Of a DNA stretch of 37,777 nt, positions 32,017-37,777 are shown piece after piece (the stretch's first letter is position 1; the number at the start of each line of letters is the position of its first letter). The stretch is taken from IMG/VR virus record IMGVR_UViG_3300024520_000027, positions 1 through 37,777 of that record; one strand, written 5' to 3'. The notes beneath the pieces were generated by a model. The model had not been told where the DNA came from. It did not search any database and saw nothing but the letters and a program-made list of their open reading frames with translations. Both the position numbers and the translations under genes were made by a program. This DNA comes from a virus.

Positions 32017-32309
32017 TATGTCCGCCTCCGTGTGGTGGTGCTCACTGTGGCAATGCCATCGCCATAGCCATCGCCACGGCCATAGCCATAGCCATTGCCA
32101 TCGCCATAGCCATCACCATTGCCACAGCCATTGCCATCACCATCGCCATTGCCACAGCCATTGCCATAGCCGTTGCCGTTGCCATTGCCGTAGCCGTTGC
32201 CATAGCCATTGCCATAGCCATAGCCATCACCATCGCCATAGCCATCACCATAGCCATCGCCATAACCATAGCCTTCGCCATTGCCATTGCCATTGCCGAC
32301 CGCCCTCAC
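32016..32309 (-). CDS. (Gly-X)n repeat protein, copy 2 (97 aa).
   Basis: Same start context (TAG/GTG 1-nt overlap with the 109-aa gene). Same head MRAVGNG and same tail GIATVSTTTRRRT. Confidence 0.6.
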   Translation of the reverse strand: MRAVGNGNGNGEGYGYGDGYGDGYGDGDGYGYGNGYGNGYGNGNGNGYGNGCGNGDGDGNGCGNGDGYGDGNGYGYGRGDGYGDGIATVSTTTRRRT

Positions 32310-32638
32310 TACACACCCCAGTCGTTATCAACAGGTACGCGGTGAATGATCGACCCCGACGGCACCTCGACAGGCTCACTCATTTTCTTCAGCGTCACTT
32401 TGTCGCTGCCCGGATCGTCAATCATCCCGGCAAACCCTATCTTCTCCCAGCGCAAAACGTGTATGGCGTTATCCAGCCGCACAAAGCCATCACTTGTCAA
32501 GCTTTGGTCTCCTGCGAATATCCAGCCACGGTCAATGACGAGCACCACGCGGCCCTCCTCAATCGCCGGGGCTGACGCGCCGCCGAGCAGTGATTGCAAT
32601 TGCTTGATTTGTCCTAGAGTTAGATCGTCAATGTTCAT
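32309..32638 (-). CDS. Conserved-looking phage hypothetical protein (RGW-[IV]F-xG motif).
   Basis: 109-aa ORF. AAGGA SD upstream. GRVVLVIDRGWIFAGDQ...VRLDNAIHVLRW resembles a widespread phage family of unknown function. Confidence 0.7.
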   Translation of the reverse strand: MNIDDLTLGQIKQLQSLLGGASAPAIEEGRVVLVIDRGWIFAGDQSLTSDGFVRLDNAIHVLRWEKIGFAGMIDDPGSDKVTLKKMSEPVEVPSGSIIHRVPVDNDWGV

Positions 32639-32691
32639 TTGTTTCCTTTGTTTGTGGATAGAATCTACACGACTTGGGTATAATCTGGGTA

Positions 32692-33066
32692 CTATTCACC
32701 CCATGCTTTCTTGACGATAGTACAGAGGTCTTCAATGTGCCCGTTATCATCCGACGGCGCGTGTAACCACGTCTCCGCCCACTCAAGAAACGCGGGGGCC
32801 TGGGATAACAAATTGGCGTTGGCGTGCATCTCGTATTTTCTGATGGTGCGCGAGCGACTGCAACCGGCGATTAGGATGCCGTCACAGGTCCAGACCTCCA
32901 AACCCTGACGCCGCCACGGCCCAGGCGTATACCCAAACCTCCGCGCGCTGAGTTGCTCACACAGAGAGTGCAAGACCCCATCAGACTCTTTTCCGCCTGC
33001 GCCATCGCTGCCCGTTTGCAACACTTGGCGCATGGTGCGCGCCTGGTCTTTTGTCAGTGTGATCAT
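32692..33066 (-). CDS. Hypothetical protein (PGPW...ANA motif family).
   Basis: Start chosen at ATG 33066 (MITLTKDQ), which forms an ATGA overlap. Motif TPGPWRRQG...HANANLLSQAPAFLEW. Confidence 0.65.
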   Translation of the reverse strand: MITLTKDQARTMRQVLQTGSDGAGGKESDGVLHSLCEQLSARRFGYTPGPWRRQGLEVWTCDGILIAGCSRSRTIRKYEMHANANLLSQAPAFLEWAETWLHAPSDDNGHIEDLCTIVKKAWGE

Positions 33067-33866
33067 TTCGCCTCTCCTACGTATTCCCAGCCTTGGTTGA
33101 GCGGAACCCGGTCGCGCAGTTTCAATTCCCAATTATCTGTGAGATGTGCGCGCGAATTCTCAACTAGCAATACCTCCTCGCGTGTGTCGATGACGTTGGA
33201 GTACTCCCCGGAACACCCCCATATTTGCCCCGGCTTCACCCACGGCCTCTCGTCCTCGCCGGGGAGTACGCGCTCCCAACAGCAACGCGTTTCTAGGATG
33301 TGGTCCTCAAAGTTTGGGTGTTTCATATAGGCGCCGCCGTTTGCCGTCCGGTAGTCCGAGCGTGTGAATACATGGCCAACGCTGTCCTCTTCCATTCCGC
33401 CATCGTCAGGATCCCATCCAAGGTAGCGGTACCTCTCCGGCACTGCTGGGGCTTCGTCTCGCTCTGCCTCAACCTTGGCCCACGCCTCCGCCTTCTCTTC
33501 TGGTGTCGGTGGTGCAGGTTCCCCCACGTCCGCTACCGCCGTTGACGTTGCGAGACCGCCAGCCCTTATATTCACCACCGTGAGCGGTTCCTTGAGTTTG
33601 ACCGATAAGAAGCAGTCTCCGTCATCGGGCGCTACGTATGTCGGTATACCAAACACAGATCCCACGCGAGGCAACAGCTTGTTGAGGTGCTTAGCCGTAA
33701 TACCCCCGCCCTTCGATGCGTCGCTATCCCACCACTCATCCTCCGGCGCCATCGCCCGGCATTTCGCAATCTCCTCCGCACTTGCCGTGCTCACGCTACT
33801 GTGCATCTTGCCGCCCTGGACCGGGCGCATGGCCGTTTCTATCCACTTCCCCTGTGCATCTCTCAT
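33063..33866 (-). CDS. Hypothetical 267-aa protein in the replication module.
   Basis: ORF with ATGA overlaps on both sides. No motif recognised; an AEP-like primase was considered but is not supported. Confidence 0.7.
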   Translation of the reverse strand: MRDAQGKWIETAMRPVQGGKMHSSVSTASAEEIAKCRAMAPEDEWWDSDASKGGGITAKHLNKLLPRVGSVFGIPTYVAPDDGDCFLSVKLKEPLTVVNIRAGGLATSTAVADVGEPAPPTPEEKAEAWAKVEAERDEAPAVPERYRYLGWDPDDGGMEEDSVGHVFTRSDYRTANGGAYMKHPNFEDHILETRCCWERVLPGEDERPWVKPGQIWGCSGEYSNVIDTREEVLLVENSRAHLTDNWELKLRDRVPLNQGWEYVGEAK

Positions 33867-34165
33867 TTCTCACTCTCCTTCGTAATCCCCCAAAAAGTGA
33901 GGTGATTAGCGGGTTTAATCTCATCACGCGACGCGTTGCGCTTTATAGCCTCCCCTCGGCAGCCAGGACACACACATTTCCCCTTTTCGTCCTCATCGCC
34001 GCGCAAAACGGCGTCAGGCAGCCACTCGGCACCAGAGAAATGCTTTTCACATATCGGGCAAGGCAACCAAAACCAGCCACACCGACGCGCAATGTCCCTC
34101 CGCACTTGCTCGGGAAGTATTTGCCACATCTTTTCAATGGTACGCTCGGCACTACGGCTTCTCAT
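33863..34165 (-). CDS. Zinc-finger-like small protein.
   Basis: Start chosen at ATG 34165, preceded by AAGGAGAG. Contains LPCPICEKHF and CVCPGCRGE. Confidence 0.65.
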   Translation of the reverse strand: MRSRSAERTIEKMWQILPEQVRRDIARRCGWFWLPCPICEKHFSGAEWLPDAVLRGDEDEKGKCVCPGCRGEAIKRNASRDEIKPANHLTFWGITKESEK

Positions 34166-34175
34166 AACTCTCCTT

Positions 34176-35561
34176 CTAGAACACGTCGCGGGCATGAAAG
34201 CTCGCAGTCGGTGCGTGAAACCGCATGTCGACGGTGCCGGTTGCACCGTCTCTCTGCTTGACGAATATGATATTTACGAGGTCTTTCTCATCTTCAGGGC
34301 ACCCCTCGCGCAGGTAATACTCTGGCCTGTAGAGCATGGCGATGATGTCCGCGTCTTGCTCGATGGAGCCCGAGTCGCGAAGGTCGCTCATGATGGGGAT
34401 CGGTGGCTTGCGTAGCTCGACCGCCCTCGAGAGCTGGCTCAGCAGAATGATTGGCACGTTGAGTTCCTTTGCCAGGTTCTTGAACCCCTTCGTGATAGCG
34501 CCTACAGCATAGTTCATATTCGCAGCGTCGAGGCCGCCCATGATTTGAAGGTAGTCGACGATGATGCAGCGGTGCCCGTATCGTTCCACTTGTGCCCGTG
34601 CTCGCTGTGCGATGTCGGCGAACGTCAGCCCAGGCATGTCGCAGATCGTCAACGGTCTCTCCGATAGCTCGCCCGCAGCCCCGGCAAAGTCAACGTGCTG
34701 TTGGCCCGAGAGGTTGCCCGTGCGAATAGCGCCGAGAGGTATCCATGCGCGTTCGGCTATCATGCGATTCGCAAGCTGTTGCGCCTTCATCTCCAGGCTG
34801 AAGACGGTGCAGCCATAGCCTTGCTTCGTCATGTTGTTGGCCACGCCTGTGATAAGTGCGGATTTGCCCATCGACGGTCGTGCCGCAACGATGACAAGGT
34901 CGCCGCCTCGAAAGCCACCGTCGAGCTTTTGATCTACAGCCGCGAAGCCCGAAGGCACGATCGCTCCAGTCTCACCGAGCGTGGCCGATGCTGCGGCAAA
35001 CACAGACCGTGCTTCCTGCATATCCTCTGACCGCTGCCTCTCGATGGCGCGCAGACCGTCTGCCAAATCCTCATGAATGTGTGGAAGACCCTTGCCTTGC
35101 CATGTCGTGCGCAGAGCTATGGCTAGAACCTCCGCAAGTTCTCTTCGCTCCCACGCATCTCTGATCTCCCGAGCAAACACCGGCTGCGCTGCCACCGACA
35201 CGTCCCGATCCAGCTCTTCCTGGAAGCGTCTCTCTTCGAACTCGCCGTCAAAGGGCTGCCTGTCCTTCAGCCGCGAGAGAAGAGGGATGATGTGCACCGC
35301 CTCTCCCGTCGTGCGCATGTCCTGCAACTCCGCCCACGCCTGCGCCAGCATAGGGTCAACGAAGTGCTCGGCACGAAGGCCGACGCCATCAGCTTCATTG
35401 ATAGCGTCGACCCCCTCAGCCACAGCACACGCCACGGCATTCACCTCGGCCTCTCGATTTGCTGGTACGCCAAAACCGCTTTTCAGTTCGCGCAACCTTC
35501 TGTCGCTGGCCGACTCACGACCGGCTTGCAGTGCATCAACGAGAGCGCCGAGGTTCGCCAT
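34176..35561 (-). CDS. dnaB: Replicative DNA helicase, DnaB family.
   Basis: Walker A in DLVIVAARPSMGKSALITGVANN, plus FSLEMKAQQLANRMIA, IIVDYLQIM, ILLSQLSRAVE and SDLRDSGSIEQDADIIAMLYRPEYY. Confidence 0.95.
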   Translation of the reverse strand: MANLGALVDALQAGRESASDRRLRELKSGFGVPANREAEVNAVACAVAEGVDAINEADGVGLRAEHFVDPMLAQAWAELQDMRTTGEAVHIIPLLSRLKDRQPFDGEFEERRFQEELDRDVSVAAQPVFAREIRDAWERRELAEVLAIALRTTWQGKGLPHIHEDLADGLRAIERQRSEDMQEARSVFAAASATLGETGAIVPSGFAAVDQKLDGGFRGGDLVIVAARPSMGKSALITGVANNMTKQGYGCTVFSLEMKAQQLANRMIAERAWIPLGAIRTGNLSGQQHVDFAGAAGELSERPLTICDMPGLTFADIAQRARAQVERYGHRCIIVDYLQIMGGLDAANMNYAVGAITKGFKNLAKELNVPIILLSQLSRAVELRKPPIPIMSDLRDSGSIEQDADIIAMLYRPEYYLREGCPEDEKDLVNIIFVKQRDGATGTVDMRFHAPTASFHARDVF

Positions 35562-35899
35562 TAGAAGGGAGCCTTTGCTTCGTCAGCTTTGGCTCCAACG
35601 AAAGTGATATTCCGAGCAACAAGCTCGGTATATCGCTTCTCCTCACCGTCCTTCTCATACTTGCTTGTTTGCAGCTCACCCTCGACGAGAGCGCCGCTGC
35701 CCTTCTTCAAATACTCCTGTGCAAGCTCGGCCGTCTTGTCGAAACAGACGCAGTTGAACCATTCCACGGTATCCTCTCCACCCTTGCGCCCATTCACTGC
35801 CACAGGAAACTTCGCCACGGCTTTCCCCGACGCTGCGATGCGTGTCTCCGGGTCTTTGCCTAGATTGCCCATGATGATCACTTTATTATATCCGCGCAT
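35561..35899 (-). CDS. ssb: Single-stranded DNA-binding protein.
   Basis: NKVIIMGNLGKDPETR...VEWFNCVCFDKTAELAQEYLKKGSGALVEGELQT is an OB-fold SSB pattern. Acidic/hydrophobic C-terminal tip ..DEAKAPF. Confidence 0.9.
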   Translation of the reverse strand: MRGYNKVIIMGNLGKDPETRIAASGKAVAKFPVAVNGRKGGEDTVEWFNCVCFDKTAELAQEYLKKGSGALVEGELQTSKYEKDGEEKRYTELVARNITFVGAKADEAKAPF

Positions 35900-35950
35900 T
35901 CTCTCATCCTTTCGCGGCTCCCGCCGCCTTTGTTACGCGCCGTTACGGCG

Positions 35951-36262
35951 CTAGTCATCCTCTATTCGAATCGTCCAGTGTGATGTCTGCACATATTCAT
36001 TGTTCTCGTACTTGTGAGAACCGCCATCTATCAACCGATATCCCTGATAGTATTCGTTCGGGATTTCGCCCTCTTTCGCCATCTGCACCTGCACGATATG
36101 CCCTGTGTCTTTGCTTTGACGAGCCGCCAGCGCGTGTCTTAGTTGGTCGCTCATACCAACGCTCACGATACTCACATCCATCATCCTTAGATCTTGCAGG
36201 GCCGCCTCTAGGCGCGACAACCCGTCAAACATCTTTTTTTCCTCTTCGTATTCATCGCTCAT
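35951..36262 (-). CDS. Hypothetical 103-aa protein.
   Basis: ORF with an ATGA overlap to the upstream gene. Confidence 0.65.
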   Translation of the reverse strand: MSDEYEEEKKMFDGLSRLEAALQDLRMMDVSIVSVGMSDQLRHALAARQSKDTGHIVQVQMAKEGEIPNEYYQGYRLIDGGSHKYENNEYVQTSHWTIRIEDD

Positions 36263-36468
36263 TTTTTCCTCCGTCCTCGCGCGGTGACCTCGTCACCGAA
36301 GAGGATGTTGAGTACCCAATCTTCGTTCATCCCTAGTCTTTCGGATATTGCCCTCACGCCATACCCGTCCTCGTTCATCTCTATTACTCGTCGACGCCTG
36401 TGTTTGGCTACGCCCAGGAGCCCTTCGGCCATGCGTCTCATCGATTCTTTCGCTTCTTGATAGGTCAT
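36259..36468 (-). CDS. Small HTH protein (sigma-70 region-4/resolvase-HTH-like).
   Basis: NEDGYGVRAISERLGMNEDWVLNIL. ATGA overlaps on both sides. Confidence 0.55.
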   Translation of the reverse strand: MTYQEAKESMRRMAEGLLGVAKHRRRRVIEMNEDGYGVRAISERLGMNEDWVLNILFGDEVTARGRRKK

Positions 36469-36809
36469 TGGATCGCCCAGCGCCAGGACTGTTCGTAGAT
36501 TTCCAAAAAGTCCGACAGCTTGATAAGTACCTCGGGCTCCTCACGGTCCCACTTGCAGATTGCCACTGCCATCTTTCCCGCAGGCACATGCTCCTCGGCC
36601 TGCCGCAACGCCGTCCGAATACTGCCCGCCTTCCAGCACTTGCACTCAACCCACAGCACAGGATGCGTGACGTCAGGGTCTACATCGCCACGCTGATACT
36701 GTGGCAGACGACGGATTTCTTTCTCTGCTCCCGGTGTCGCGGCTCTCAGGAGCCGTGCCACCTTCTGTTCCCACGCGCGGCCCTTTGTCCTTGAATGTCG
36801 ACCTCCCAT
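36465..36809 (-). CDS. PD-(D/E)XK-type nuclease, Holliday-junction-resolvase-like.
   Basis: TKGRAWEQKVARLL ... GDVDPDV ... LWVECKC fits an E...D...E-x-K arrangement. Confidence 0.5.
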   Translation of the reverse strand: MGGRHSRTKGRAWEQKVARLLRAATPGAEKEIRRLPQYQRGDVDPDVTHPVLWVECKCWKAGSIRTALRQAEEHVPAGKMAVAICKWDREEPEVLIKLSDFLEIYEQSWRWAIQ

Positions 36810-37021
36810 TATGCCTCTCCTTTTTGCTCGTAGACGATTTCCGACAAGGTCACGTCAGGGACAAAGGTCAGCGTGCTTGTGGAGCGAGGACCGCAGTTCG
36901 TTACAACGCGAATCACAGTACCGTTTCCAACGCTGGCCGAGTGCGTGTATATCGTCGCCGCCCCCAGACTCTCTGTTGCCAGCAGCACCCATTCCCATTT
37001 CATCTTCCATTTCGTTTTCAT
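36809..37021 (-). CDS. Hypothetical 70-aa protein.
   Basis: Start chosen at ATG 37021 (MKTKWKMKWEW), overlapping the upstream TGA by 1 nt. The longer ORF reaching 37087 overlaps the upstream gene. Confidence 0.55.
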   Translation of the reverse strand: MKTKWKMKWEWVLLATESLGAATIYTHSASVGNGTVIRVVTNCGPRSTSTLTFVPDVTLSEIVYEQKGEA

Positions 37022-37305
37022 CACACCACCTCTGACGCTTCTTCGCCGTACGCGGTATCTCGTACGATCTGCGCCGCTGCCGCACATACTCGGTTGCGCT
37101 CCATCGTGTCATATTCCGAGTCTTGCATGCAGTCATCGCCCAAGCCCATGAACAGCGCCCCGAGAGATACAAGAAGCATGCCTTGCTGTCCTGACTCCGT
37201 GTAGTGCTCTTGCACAAACTCGTTGATCCCGTCGATCACCTTGCTTGCAACCTCGTGCGTATCAATCGCCAGATTCTTTGCGTCCACAATAGTTTCTTTT
37301 TTCAT
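37021..37305 (-). CDS. Hypothetical 94-aa protein.
   Basis: Start chosen at ATG 37305 (MKKETIV), in an ATGA overlap within the conserved AGGAGAAGAACAATGAAA junction. Confidence 0.6.
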   Translation of the reverse strand: MKKETIVDAKNLAIDTHEVASKVIDGINEFVQEHYTESGQQGMLLVSLGALFMGLGDDCMQDSEYDTMERNRVCAAAAQIVRDTAYGEEASEVV

Positions 37306-37571
37306 TGTTCTTCTCCTGCAAACAGCCAACGGAAAGCGTTTTCTTCAAACTTAAAAACGTAGCGGTCTCCCTCGCCGGTTGCCCCGTAGTCCTTCCCACG
37401 ACACGAGGTGTGCCAACGACAGTCATAGTTGCCGCTAGTATCGATGACACGGAACGACCATCGTTGGTTGCACGCGGCGACGCCGAAAGGTGGCGAGATG
37501 TCCATAGGATGCAGCGCGATGCGCACTGTGCCGTCATCGGCGAAGGACGTATACGCGATCAGTTCTTTCAT
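37302..37571 (-). CDS. Hypothetical protein, paralogue of 27549..27890.
   Basis: 89 aa: MKELIAY..VRIALHPM..SFRVI..FRWLFAGEEQ*. The ATG immediately follows the TAA of the junction-spanning gene. Confidence 0.7.
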   Translation of the reverse strand: MKELIAYTSFADDGTVRIALHPMDISPPFGVAACNQRWSFRVIDTSGNYDCRWHTSCRGKDYGATGEGDRYVFKFEENAFRWLFAGEEQ

Positions 37572-37777
37572 TTACCAGCCTCTTTTCGCGACAGCGTGTA
37601 CCCGTCGCACTTCAGCCTCGTCAATAAGGCCCGCCTTTGCCAACACCCGGAGAACTCCGGCTACTGGTTGAGCGTTATTTCCTGTTGTGAAATCTCGCAG
37701 AGGTTTTTGCACCGCCGCTGCTACTGAACTTGGCTTCACAGATCCGTGCGTCTCCAAGTGCAACCTAGCCACAGCTA
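37572..37777 (-). CDS. C-terminal part of the same junction-spanning HTH/zinc-ribbon CDS.
   Basis: ORF 37572..37772 (..ARLHLETHGSVKPSS..AKRGW*). The frame stays open to the right window edge and continues at 128..461 through the terminal repeat. Confidence 0.6.
   Translation of the reverse strand, partial: AVARLHLETHGSVKPSSVAAAVQKPLRDFTTGNNAQPVAGVLRVLAKAGLIDEAEVRRVHAVAKRGW
37651..37777. repeat. Right copy of the exact 127-bp terminal direct repeat.
   Basis: Identical to 1..127. Confidence 0.95.

Noticed and set aside
31739-32296. CRISPR array, or a diversity-generating retroelement variable region, as an explanation for the GCCATN arrays.
   Set aside because: The repeat unit is only 6 nt with no spacers, so it is not a CRISPR. 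No reverse transcriptase or template/variable repeat pair exists in the genome. The variation is at N of NAT rather than at template adenines, so it is not a DGR.
31705-32309. Gly-X peptides as RiPP or microcin precursors (microcin B17, class IIb microcins, or heterocycloanthracin-like).
   Set aside because: No cyclodehydratase, dehydrogenase, radical-SAM enzyme, C39 peptidase/ABC exporter or immunity gene is present. There is no double-glycine leader, and Cys/Ser are rare in the repeats. The idea stays a remote possibility only.
32655-32684. Plus-strand TGGATA-18nt-TATAAT promoter-like element pointing antisense into gene 32692..33066.
   Set aside because: The -10 box is perfect, but the -35 box is weak, the spacing is 18 nt, and there is no downstream plus-strand ORF or structure. 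It cannot be distinguished from chance in an AT-rich spacer.
1-37777. A lysogeny module (integrase/repressor), suggested by the Xis-like HTH, the XRE regulator and the tRNA-like att-type fragment.
   Set aside because: No tyrosine or serine recombinase-like ORF can be found in any frame. The HTH proteins sit inside the early operon rather than in a divergent immunity region. Lifestyle is left undetermined.

Overview
The window is one complete tailed-phage genome. Bases 1..127 are repeated exactly at 37651..37777, so the unique length is 37,650 bp, either circularly closed or terminally redundant. The sequence looks GC-rich by eye and is very tightly packed.

Gene layout:
- Virion/late block, minus strand (26350 -> 3378): candidate small terminase, a GroES-like protein, large terminase, portal, an inserted lysis/secreted-protein island, scaffold, major capsid, tail proteins, two 352-aa low-complexity proteins, and a 1317-aa giant protein.
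- Early/replication block, minus strand (3025 -> 1, continuing across the junction to 37650 -> 31360): PD-(D/E)XK exonuclease, Sak/Rad52-like annealase, XRE and excisionase-type HTH proteins, SSB, DnaB helicase and many small genes.
- Two short plus-strand operons at 26753..28162 and 29685..31363.
- A reversed island between those operons (28239..29463) with an HNH endonuclease, a tRNA-like fragment, an iteron array and a tRNA-Ile(GAU).

I recognised no integrase, DNA polymerase, primase, reverse transcriptase or CRISPR array.

The most unusual element is a tandem pair of translationally coupled genes at 31705..32309. Each encodes about 40 uninterrupted Gly-X dipeptides (X = Tyr/Asn/Asp) built from a GGC-NAT hexanucleotide array.

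Other notable features:
- A near-consensus sigma-54 -24/-12 element with upstream tandem palindromes.
- A 20-bp-period iteron array.
- A cluster of GTTAACG motifs at convergent operon ends.
- A paralogous gene pair on opposite strands that shares an identical 18-nt junction.
- A coding sequence that spans the contig junction and is hidden in the ORF track.

Every functional call rests on motifs I recognised by eye and on gene order. No database search was possible.
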